From contig JAGIQG010000002.1 in NCBI GenBank assembly GCA_024679065.1, positions 96,348,001 to 96,412,000 of the forward strand: DNA of 64,000 nucleotides, in the 5' to 3' direction. Of the stretch, positions 52,131 to 63,024 are shown one piece after another. Made by a program: the position numbers and the translations under genes. This DNA comes from Sphyrna mokarran (lineage: Eukaryota). Under the pieces are notes generated by a model that made no database searches, had not been told where the DNA came from, and saw only the letters and a program-made list of their open reading frames with translations. Positions within the stretch are counted from its first letter, which is position 1, and each line of letters opens with the position of its first letter.

Positions 52131-54199
52131 AAATACAGGAGTTGAGATTGCACCATGAAGATCCTCGTCATAGCTGCTGCCATGCAACTAATGCCAAATC
52201 AAGAAGTAAAATGAGAATGCAGTGGGCACGTGAAAATGTCACAGGCAGATGGACTGAACTTATTCACAGATTTTTCACATGATATCCTTCAGCTGTCATA
52301 GAGGAAAGATCTAGATACTGTTCTAAATTACAAGCATGGGTTGCCTAAACGGATGAGCACATCATGCAAATGAGGGTAACTCCAATGATTCCTGCCCTGA
52401 ATCAGCAATAGAAAAGTGAGAGATGTTCCAAAGATCAAAGAGATGCTCTAATTAAGTCCAGCCAGAGGATACATTTTAAATTTTTGATTTGTCAGGTAAT
52501 TAATCCCCCGGGATGTTGACCGAGATTTACAGCCTTGGATAACTGTGGTTTTGGACCTTGTAGCACCATGACTACATGGTCAAACCTTTAGGCTTGAAAA
52601 GGTTTGATCATTGCCCACATCTAAGAAAAACCAGATAAATACTAAATTTATGAAGATTTTGAACAAATTATCTTGATTTATATATGTTTATATACCAAAG
52701 ACAGTGACCATCTTGATTTAGATAAAAACGTTATTTCTTATCCTCTAACAATGTTGTGTGCAGTTGTAGCCAAATACAATTTGCAGACATGATGATTTTC
52801 CTGCTTTCTTCCAACGATGTATTTTCACCCGATATAACCATTCTATAGATAATCGAATATGGAAAGAACATTTGTACTGTAGCATGCCTCGTTGTGAAAT
52901 CCCAAGTCAATGTCTCCAACGCCCATTTGGCACTAATTCCATTTCTCCCTACCTGTCGTCTCTGGTTGACAACTTCCTATTCAAATCAAACCTGATCTTT
53001 CAAACCTATGTTCCCTCCATCCCAAAAACTGCACTTCGGTGATATCAGGCACGCATCTTCAATCTGTGTGCTCATGCACAGGTCATACTGAAGCCATATA
53101 GGACCGAAGATTCATTGGGGTAATGGTGCAGGGGAAGGTTATAGCATGTTTAGTGCCAGGGAAAGTCCCTTTGGGATTGTCCCTGCACCACAACATAATC
53201 TGGTTGATGCCCAATGAGAATGTGAACCAGGTTAGAATATGTAAATCTTCATTTAAATATGCTGTCAGTTTTGAACTGAATTCTTCTTGCTCATGGGATT
53301 TGCTAACCCTCAGGACAGCAGAAACTTGACACAAGTCATTACTAGTTTCAAAAAACAGGAATCAATTGTGATGCCATGCTAGAGGGAGTGTTCCAAGGCC
53401 ATTGAAGCTCGCAAGTGGTTGGGCAAGTGGCTGAGTAGTGCCCTGGCACACCCCTTTGACACTGTGGCAGTGCCATGTGTCAGTGCCAACCTGGTTGGAA
53501 TTGCCAGGCTGGCACTGGGTATGACCAAAAGGGATACCTGACAGGGGGGTGGGACCTAAACGGAACCCCTGAAGGAGTGGGTTCTGAAGGGGATCCCTGA
53601 AGTCATGCGGCATTAGGCAACTCCATAGTAGGGTATCGCTCACTTGGAAATCGATGTCCTAAAGCCTTGATGCTGACAACAATAGATGTGGGGTGAGGGG
53701 GTTCATCCTCATGCCTGTGTGATGTGGTGGTGGTGGGGGGAGAGTGGGAGTGGTCCCAGGATATATAATGATGTGGGTAAGGTTACCCCTGCAGGATCAA
53801 GAAGTTGAGAAGTTCCCCATGACTGTGGGGGTGGTGGAGGAAGAATTTGAACTGAACTTTGAAATCAGGTAACTTTTTTGGATCTCTGAGGAGCGGGTCA
53901 TACCAATGTCTTTCAGTCACCATAAAGAATTCTCAGTCTGTGGTAATTCAATGAGAATCTGTCAGGCTCCAAATGTGGTTGAATTATAAATTAAATTGCA
54001 CCAAATCATCCAGCAGGAATCTTACTGTTTTTCCCATTGGGGACAACACTTAGAAACTTCCACCCATTGTCAGTCTCAGTTCTGCCTAAGTCCATCTGCT
54101 GCTAAAATTGTTTCCTCTTTCCCCTGTTTTCTTTTTCCTTTCTGTTATCTCCAGACTCCACTCTTCCAATACTTCCCTGGCCAATCTTCATCTTCTACA

Positions 54200-54600
54200 A
54201 AATTTCTTATCTATATCTTATCCTACATCAGATCCCACATATTCATTGTCCCTATCCTCATTGACCTATGTGGACTCAGGGTGCCTCAACGTCTCCAATT
54301 TAAAATAATGATTCTCACATTTAAATTAATTTATATCCTTCTAAACCAGCCATCTCATTTTATTCAACTCTACAATCCCCTTCTCTTTGGCCAGCCACTA
54401 GTCATGCCTTCAGTCACCGAGGCTGAATTTCCCTCCCTAAACTTCTCCACCTCCCTCTCACATTTTAAGATCCTCCTTAAAACTGATACCCATGCCTTTA
54501 GTTACCCCTGCTTATATCTGATTTTTTGGTTAGGCCTCAAATTCTTGATTACAATTCTGTGTATTTAAAGAAATTAGAGAGGTGCATGTTTGTAATTGTT
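54200..54600 (+). mobile_element. L2 LINE 3' end relic
   Basis: IVPILIDLCGLRVPQRLQFKIMILTFK in ORF 53996-54568. Confidence 0.6.
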
Positions 54601-57408
54601 CCTGTTATTGGTTTCATTTTAGTGATTTTGAATGTGTTTTGAACTTGTAGTTCAGCCTTGTAAAACTTGTCCCATAGATTTTGCCATTCCAGCATATTTA
54701 AATAATAAACATTTCACATCTTCTTATCAAAGTTCTTCCACCGTCACCACACAGAGGTTCAAGGAAGCAATTCTCAAAGGCCATTTGTGATAGGCGATAG
54801 GTCTGCGTTTATCAGTGAGTCCACACATAGTGAATGAGTTTTTAAAAACTGAACTCTCATCAACTGATGCAAGTACCTTTTCCATAAAATGCAGGAAGAC
54901 AACTTCAGTGATGAGAGTCCAGGTATTGGCTGTACCAGCAGCAGAAATGTTGCCTGAGACTGATATGATACAAAGAGTGATAACACATTAGTTGAGACTT
55001 AAATGAGTGTATATCAGCATATGAAGAAGGAAGCTACACACTTCTTCATATGGAAGCCCAGAGGGTAATTTCTTTTTGGTAAGCTTATTTTTCTGAAATT
55101 TTATGTTACAAATCTTGTGATTTAATTTCCATAGTATTTTTCCCTTTGTAACTTAATCAGATGTTTCATAAAAACATAAAGAAATAGCATTTATTCTATT
55201 TCTGCTGGGATTTGTAGAATTTATATCAAGTTATAATACTCTGCAGGTTTTCTTCCCCCATATGCAATAGTGAGGTGAATGTGGAAACAACATGCATGGT
55301 TGCTCAAAAGATGTGGGAAAAATTTAGAATGTGATTTGTCCAGTTTTTAGCAATAGGGGTTTTGATGGAATAAGTGCTTATCTTATTCTTAGTTAGTGCT
55401 TTGCATTGGATGTAAAATTTCAACCTATCACCATGCTTGGCAATGAATTTGAGCATCAGCATTTTAACACCTCTTTTGTATGCCAGGGTTTTTAATTTAC
55501 TCTCTATGCCTAAATCTGGCCCTCCTTTATCTTCTCTCTTTCTTTATGGCCTTCATTTCTTTCTTCAACTCTCCCCTTTCTTGGCAGGATACACTTCCTA
55601 GCTCATCTACCTTCTTGAATACAGGAAGATAAGCTAAAAACACCTGGGATATGTGCTCAGGTGTTTTTAAAACAGGTGACCATGAGGGTTTTGTACAAGG
55701 CAGGCAAGCACAGAAATTCACAAGACAGGCAGGGGAACAAAATTATAGAACATTAGCATGAAATGTTTAGGACGGCATTGTGCCTGGTTCCAGGATTTAA
55801 AAGGGATAAAAACACAAAGAGAGGTAAATCACAATTTCTTAAATGTGAGTACTATATTACAGATTTGTTATGGTTGAATTTAATCTTAGTTATACGCAGA
55901 AAGACACAGCAAATTTCCTGGCTAATGCACCAGGAAGCACAAAGGCAGTTGCAGGAAGACTCCCTTCCTGAGCCACTTTCCACAGGCCCCTCCCTTCATC
56001 TAGACAATCTGATCAAGAATGACAAACTCGCCCCCTAGGGGAAGCCCAAGTGTGAATGTCAAGCAAGATTAGGATTCAGTTTAATGTGGTTACTTGGTTG
56101 ACAAGCAGCTCTGATGATGAAAGTATCAAAAATCCCTACACTTTCCTAAACAATCCATACAATTTCACTGTTTTATTTTGCATCACTTATACTATATTAG
56201 AAATTGATTTAGGAGATTCTTTCTGAAGAAATTCTTGCAGAAATTCCATAGAGGAAATGCTGTGTGTGCCAGCTGAACTAATGGCTACAAAACACTGCTG
56301 TGAGGAACATCAAGCAGTGCTTTCCGTTATGTGCACAGCATTCATCTGAATCCTGATTCACATGAACAAATTAAAGAAGCCTGTGATGCAATACTAATGA
56401 TCTCTCATGGGATTACCTTTCAGTGATACATTCAAACTGGAAACAGACCCAAGACTGATCAGTTACAGACTTCGGAAATAATCTGTACAGGTAGCATCAT
56501 TTTGTCATTGGGCTTCTATATTCTTGGGGCTTTGCTTCATCTTTGAGAGGTGTGCTCTAAGAACTTTGATATATCATTCCATGAAAGCTATACCGTAAGA
56601 CAAACTGGTCCATGCAGTCAGCAGGCAGGGCAGGAAACCAAATGCTGACTGAAATGGTCAAATCCTGTCAAGGATCAGTGAACTGATTAATGAAGCAATA
56701 CGAAGAAAAGTGGCCCTTATTATATGACCTTACACATTTCAATTAAATGGATTGCACACTTGAAAAATGACAGAATGAGTATAGCAGTCCCTTACAGCTA
56801 ATTACATGAAAAATACTTTATGTATAGTCTTGCAGACTACTCTAGCCTCAGCAATAAGAGTCTGTCAAATACAACCGTTTTTTTCTTACTTGCCAATGGC
56901 CTGAGGCAGAGAATGAGTCAAATGACTGTTAGTGGAGATCAAGAATATGGCACTTAAAAAGTGACTGAATCAATTTTGTTCTTTCATATATTCACCTATA
57001 ACATTTTAACAGTCGCAAGCAATTCAGAATGAAATGTTCAGCTATATTTCATTGAAAGAAGAAGGGAAAATAATGGGCATAATGAAAACAACAACTGGTT
57101 GTGAAAACTAATAAACTTCATAGTTTCAGTATTGTGCAAAAATATGAGTGAAAGTACCACAAACAAAACAAATGATTAGTACGCACATGAAAGATGCAGA
57201 GAGTCATTTGGCTGCATTCTGAATAATGCTTGAAAAACTAATCAGTGACTTGGTGATCTTCAAATTTTTACATCATATTTCCCTTTATAACTGCTGTAAA
57301 ACTTTCCTATCCAAATAGTTTTATTATCTTCAGGGCGACAATAGTCTTGTTTTGACATATATTATGAAAGTGGCAGAAACTTCATTCCCATAGTTGAGTA
57401 TATAGATT

Positions 57409-57983
57409 TGTTGTGGGAAGTTTACCACTTCAGAGTCAGACTTGGAGGTTTCAACAATACAGTTTTATTTCAGACACAAAGCTGCGGGAAAAAGCACCGG
57501 TACTCCGCAGTACTTTGTAGCCACCTTCTCAATTGTTGATCATTTTTATACTTTTTAGACAATAGGCAGTACAGGCATTAGCAGTTAACACATAGTTACA
57601 AGTTGAGTAGGCAGACATGGACATCGATAGTTAACACATCGTACAAGCAGACGAATATGGACGTGGACAGTTAACATATCATTGTTCATAGAATGGATAC
57701 ATTTATGCAGTTATGTCCTCTAACAATGACTGGTTTTGATCTATTCAGTGGCTGATCTTGTTACATTTATGTATCTATGTTCCCATTTGTAGTTGACCCT
57801 CAGACTCATTGTTCTGGGTCTGCCCTTATTAAAGTGCCTCAAGCTCTGACCAGCTTCCTGCAGCATTTCAGATCCTGCATGTTTTAATTTCTAGGTAACT
57901 GTCTGTACTAAAAGCCAATGCCTGCTAATGTCTCTTCCTGGACAACCATTTTTTTTGTCCATCACTTTAATTCCCTCACAACA
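57409..57983 (-). mobile_element. Solo LTR (575 bp), probably Gypsy-type
   Basis: Termini TGTTGTG...CACAACA; 4-bp TSD gatt at 57405-57408 and 57984-57987; AATAAA on minus at about 57464-57469; internal imperfect agttaaca repeats at 57583-57680. Confidence 0.88.
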
Positions 57984-59202
57984 GATTTGTTTTCCAGCCT
58001 TTTTAGCTGTCAGAATCTCCCAGTTCCGCCAAAGTCCCCCCAATGACAGTTACCCTGCGGCACAGCCAGCAAGCAACACAAATGACCATTGACTTCAGCA
58101 GCACTAGGTGATCTTGCCAGTGGTCAATGGCGAGTCGCCTCTGCTGCCAAAGATCCCATTGTGGGGAGGCCAGAAGATCTCAGTCTATGTCTTAATTTGA
58201 GTTTAATTTTACATATTCACAATCCATCAACCAGTGTCCTAGGGCAAAGTTAGAATAGCTTTATGCAATAAAACCTGATTTTTTTTAATAAAGCTAATGA
58301 TAAACAGAAATGAACACTACTATTTTAAATATTATATAAACCATAAAATAATTCATTTGTTTGAAGTTACAATATTTAAACATTTGCTGTAATACTCATT
58401 AAACCTATATTTTCAAATATTCTGTTTCCAAATGCATAATCAGACAATGCTATTTAAAAGCTGAGTGCAAAAGCAAGCCTCAGGAAAAGGAGTATTGCAA
58501 CTTTAAACTGCTCACAAATTGATAAATCTAATGCACTTATTTCTCTTGATTCTCTGCTTTAGTTCTCTATTTCTGCTCTGTGTTTAATATTACTCAACTC
58601 ATTCACATAAATCCTCATTTTGTGTTACTTTAATACAAGTTAAAAGCATAACAATTTGTTTTTAATTTTGCTATTTTAGAAAAGAACAACTGATGTTACC
58701 TGTTCTGGTTTCTTAATTACTTCCTTCGATCATTTTGAACTCAGATTGATTTTTCTCTCTAAACTGTTGCTTTACATATCAGGGGAGCACCACACCAATG
58801 GGCTTCAGGAACAAGCTTGAGATACAGATGGCCATGGTTGGAATATTCAGAGTATGGCCCAGTCACAGAGGGCAATTAAGAGGGATTCCTGAACTTGGTG
58901 CAGTTGCTGAGGTCCACTGTTGAGGGCTGTCATGCCATAGTGCAGACAATGTTGGGCCTCCAGGACTGCCAGCACCAAGTGACACAAGAGTTCACTTCCA
59001 CTGCCCCTCCATCCCATGAAATGTCCCAGGAGCCCACGAGCACCCTGAAAAATGAGGCAGCACTAGAGGTATTCTGGGGCTTTGCATCCAGGAGACTCTA
59101 GCAGTCTCTAGCCCTTCTGAATCCCCCCATCCTGACACTGGTGCATCTCGGGTTGCAGGTTGAACAGGGTGCTATGGCCACATCCATGACACCTGGAAGT
59201 GA

Positions 59203-59457
59203 TGGTGTAAAGATGCTGGCGTTGGACTGGGGTAGTAAGAACTCAGTAAGAATTTAGCAACACCAATTTTAAATCCAACCGATTTATTTGATAGTAAAAT
59301 TGCGAGCTTTCAACACTCTGTGTCTTCGTCAGGCAAATGCAGTGTTCTGGTCTGCAATAGCACACATCAGCCTGAAGTGTTGAAAGCTCGCAATTTTACT
59401 ATCAAATAAATCGGTTGGATTTAAAATTGGTATTGCTAAATTCTTACTCGTTCTTAC
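59203..59457 (-). mobile_element. Non-coding fold-back Penelope mini-element
   Basis: Homologous to 17020-17165; arms 59235-59317 and 59376-59457 are near-perfect inverted repeats; TSD acctggaa at 59191-59198 and 59456-59463. Confidence 0.9.
59300..59336 (-). ncRNA. Minimal hammerhead ribozyme
   Basis: Minus strand: ttgc-CTGACGA-a-gacac-aga-gtgtt-GAAA-gc-TC-gcaa; helix I ttgc/gcaa is perfect. Confidence 0.8.
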
Positions 59458-59869
59458 CTGGAATGAGCCAGGCTATTCCAGGTCCCAACCTACCAAAGGA
59501 CACCTGCCAAGGACATCAAAGACCATAGGGTATAGAACAGAGCAGGTGGCCTCCACCTCTGATGCACATCCTGATGGGTCAACTAGGTGCAGCGCTAGGT
59601 CATGCAAGACTAAAAAGATTTAGAAGCACTGAAAGGGCACAGGTGAAGGCAAACTTTGTAGTTAGGGATAGGTAATAGGCACTGTAAATAATCAGCATTA
59701 AAGAATATTGCATCTCAAAGCCGCAACTCATCCATCTTTGTCCCATTTCTCAGAAGGATTTTGTCTCCCCAAAGGTACTCAGAATCTCCTACTAGCCCCC
59801 TAAACAATCCCACAGTGAGAGCCATGGAGACCCATGGTGACAGACATCCTGGAGTGACAGCCTTGTCAC

Positions 59870-60200
59870 TCACTGAACCCTTAACCATGATATGGAGGTG
59901 CTCTGGGGGCCATTCTGAAGAATGCTGCCAGAGCAGTCTATGCACCAGCACTACATCTTGAGCATATCAATATACTTTTCAATGACAGATGGGATGGCAG
60001 CTGGGCCTTATTGTAGCAGGTTTCCACCTCAGTCACAGGCCTGCGTACTGGTGCCATCAGCCATGACCTCAGCAAATAGTTCTTGTCTTCTTTAAGTCAT
60101 CCCAGTAGCCTGGGATAGATTTCAAAGACCTCGAGTGTCCCAGGATGAAATTGTCATGCTATCATACTCACTGCACCTGGGCAGTCAGTGCATGAACTAT
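59870..60200 (-). pseudogene. Harbinger (HARBI1-like) transposase catalytic C-terminal relic
   Basis: HDNFILGHS...G*LKEDKNYLLRSWLMAPVRRPVTEVETCYNKA...VIEKYIDMLKM*CWCIDCSGSILQN (cf. LGDKGYPL..WLMTP, IERxIGxLKMRFRCLD). Confidence 0.88.
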
Positions 60201-60202
60201 GA

Positions 60203-60300
60203 ATAAAAAATAGAAAATGCTGAAAAATCTCAGCAGGTCTGACAGCATCTGTGGAGCCAGAATAGAGCCAAGATTTCAGTCTTGAGCTCTTAGTCAGAGT
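60203..60300. mobile_element. Short Penelope-related repeat (also 8413-8503 and 4610-4680)
   Basis: aaaaatagaaaatgctgaaaaatctcagcaggtctgacagcatctgtggag, shared with the two other copies in the window. Confidence 0.55.
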
Positions 60301-61170
60301 TCTGTTTGTAGAGTTCAAAAGTGATTCTTGCTGGGTTCTCGTTGCGCCCAAGCGTTGTAATATCCCAGGAGCAGGGAAAAAAAAACAGCCTCAAATAGAC
60401 TCAGCGTATTTAAATTCTTAGTTAAAAATGCTAATCTGGTCCCTGCCCTTACTGGGAGCAGTGGCTGGGAGAATTGCAGTGGCGTTTCATTCCAGCACTG
60501 AATGTGCTAAACACTTCACCCGCAATTCTCTGGCTCCGCTGGATGCAAGGCGGTTGGAAGATTGCAGCCAATGTTTTGGGTAATTTTGGGAAAGGAGTAA
60601 TTGGTGACCTGCTTGATGTAGCTGTGCACTCAAATCTGGAAGATGTTGGTGATGCCCCATCATAACATGAAATGAGGCGATAGAAGTATTGGATGAGTGA
60701 CTTTGACAACTACTGGCAAAATATTGTCCCTAGTCTAACAGGGAGCCGGTTTTGTTTCATACAGTGCTACAAAGATGAATAACATCTCTAGTGCAGTGTA
60801 CCTTAGAGACTTAAGGGGAACTGTCTTAGCTTATAGACCCCAATGGGCTGAGTAATTCCTTTGACAACTGAATGTCCCATAACCTGCTGTGTTCTAAAAG
60901 GCCCACTTGGAACTGTTTGTTTGTTGCTGTGCCTCCCACATCCACAATTCCTCCATCAAAAGCAACAAAAAAAAGGCATTGCTGACGAGCAGAGTGCTTC
61001 GTCAGATTGAGTAAGGCAAAAAAAAAAATCAGACACAAGTCATAAATTGCTTTGATCTGAATTGCCTGTAACTGAATGGCCCATTTAATAGAGCTTCCAG
61101 TTATGGCACTCAATTTATGAAATCAAACTCACAAGATTTTATTCAATGGGATTGCCCATTGGTAGCACCT

Positions 61171-61369
61171 ATGACTCACCCAGTTATAATCACATTTAGA
61201 TTGTAACGATACCAGAGGGTGTTGATTTCCATTTATTAATGAGTCCTCTGGGAGCATTTTCCACATGAGTCGGCTCCCAAATTAAAATAGTGATCAGAGA
61301 GTTTCATGTGGGAATGGGCCAGAAGTCAATTTTCGCTAACCAGATCACCAGCTGCATTGCTGTTTGGCA
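61171..61369 (+). repeat. 199-bp source segment duplicated at 62547-62745
   Basis: Three mismatches over 199 bp, two of them within the first 10 bp. Confidence 0.95.
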
Positions 61370-62007
61370 GCAGAGTTTAAATTCATCCCTTAATGCTAGT
61401 TAATATACAAATAAAACTCATCGTAGTCATAATAAAAACATAATTAGAAGTATTATACCATCTCAGTAATGGCTGGGGTTCACTTAGGAAGAGCAAAACA
61501 CTCCATCTGTAAGAATATTTGGTATATCTTTCTTAGAGATTTTCAGGTTTTTGGTTTTTACTTCTAAGTTTTTTTTATGTAAGGACATTGCTTTCTTTTT
61601 GATGTAAGGGTGTTGGACTGTTAGAGTAGACACAGCAGGTTTTATGTATTGAAACTGGATTTCTTTTATATGCATTGGAATTTTAATGTGTTTTAATTTA
61701 ACAAGTTTTTTTTATTTACATTTTATATAGCACATTTATAAAGAAAAATGTCCCAATATGCTTCAACAGGACATAATCAAAAAATTGGATCCCAACTCAA
61801 AGATGATGTGATGAAAAGCTTGGTCAAGGCAATGTACTTGAGGGAGGTGGAAAGATGAAAGTGGAAGCAGAGTGTGAAGTCACAGCCACTGAATGTATTG
61901 CCACCAGTATTAGGGTGTAGAATGCGGCACTCAAAGCAACAGTCAGAGGCATGGGGGTGGCGGTGGTATGGTTGAGGATGTATGCGGCTAGCAGGGATGA
62001 AACTAAA

Positions 62008-62120
62008 GGTGGGATTTTCTGGCCCCATCTGGAACTGGGATTTTGCGATCCCACTGAAAATCAGTGCACTTTTGGCTGGGCTGTCATATCCCACCATAGC
62101 AGCACCAGAAAATCCTGACC
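62008..62120. mobile_element. 113-bp MITE
   Basis: TIRs ggtgggattttctgg and ccagaaaatcctgacc. Confidence 0.65.
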
Positions 62121-62779
62121 AAGATCTTTCGACACTAGGATGAGAATTTTAAATACAGTGTTGGGGAAAGGGGAAACAATAGCAAGGAAATGGATTCAGA
62201 ATTCACAATACATGATAATGGATGGGAAATGGGTATAGTTTAAGGGAAACTAAAGTTTGTGTTGCACTAAATATGGGAAATTGTTGAGAATGGTGATGGA
62301 ATAATTGAGTCTGAAGGTGATAGAGGAATAGTAGTGCATGGAGGTGGATATCACAGAGATGGAAATAAGCAGTCTGTTTCATAGAGGGAACATCAGATTT
62401 GAAAGCTCAGCACTGATATCAAAACTAGTGTACTTCAGCCTGAGAGATTGGACTTGAGGAAAGTGGCTGGGTGGAAGTTGAGTGGGCGGGGGGAGGGGAA
62501 GAGGGAAGAGGAGGATGGAATTGATTGTGTATGGAGCCCAAAAACAATGGCTCATCCAGTTATAATCACATTTAGATTGTAACGATACCAGAGGGTGTTG
62601 ATTTCCATTTATTAATGAGTCCTCTGGGAGCATTTTCCACACGAGTCGGCTCCCAAATTAAAATAGTGATCAGAGAGTTTCATGTGGGAATGGGCCAGAA
62701 GTCAATTTTCGCTAACCAGATCACCAGCTGCATTGCTGTTTGGCAAATGACATTGACCACTGACCAATGACACTACCAC

Positions 62780-63024
62780 TGACATTTCGGGTAGTGGCAG
62801 GCAATCGAGTGGAACTCACCGGGCTTACCGCAACGAGAACATTTGGTCACGATGTTCTTGGTCCTGTGCACTGTCTTGAAATGATCTCTGAAAGCTCCAA
62901 CTGTGGGGAGTATGGAATTGCAGGGCTTGCAATACAATGCATCAGTGGGATAATGGATCACCACTTCCTTAACCTCTGAACGGTCTTCCGTAGGTGTTAT
63001 TGTAACTGTCTCGATGAAGGTGCC
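62780..63024 (-). pseudogene. Double zinc-finger fragment resembling the N-terminus of an RLE-type (R2/NeSL/Utopia group) retrotransposon
   Basis: YCKPCNSILPTVGAFRDHFKTVH (C2H2) and CSRCGKPGEFHSIACHYPKC (C2HC); no stop codons, CpGs retained. Confidence 0.7.

Larger units (their letters stand above)
58780..59650 (+). pseudogene. Probable Harbinger Myb-gene C-terminal relic
   Basis: GC-richer decayed coding-like tract convergent with the transposase relic at 59870; position and composition match the other Myb relics. Confidence 0.35.

Noticed and set aside
53996-54568. 190-aa hydrophobic ORF as a membrane protein
   Set aside because: Pyrimidine-rich decayed L2 3' end plus a MITE end; non-ATG start.
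55018-55052. 12-bp perfect stem-loop catatgaagaag/cttcttcatatg
   Set aside because: Short and with no supporting context; terminator logic does not apply in this eukaryotic DNA.
60983-61006. CTGACGA...TCGTCAG as another hammerhead
   Set aside because: No GAAA box follows on either strand; it is just a short palindrome.
61172-62745. TG...CA-bounded 198-bp direct repeats as LTRs of a TRIM
   Set aside because: No TSD, PBS or adjacent PPT; the interior is unique DNA plus old L2, and copy 2 interrupts an L2 motif, so templated insertion fits better.
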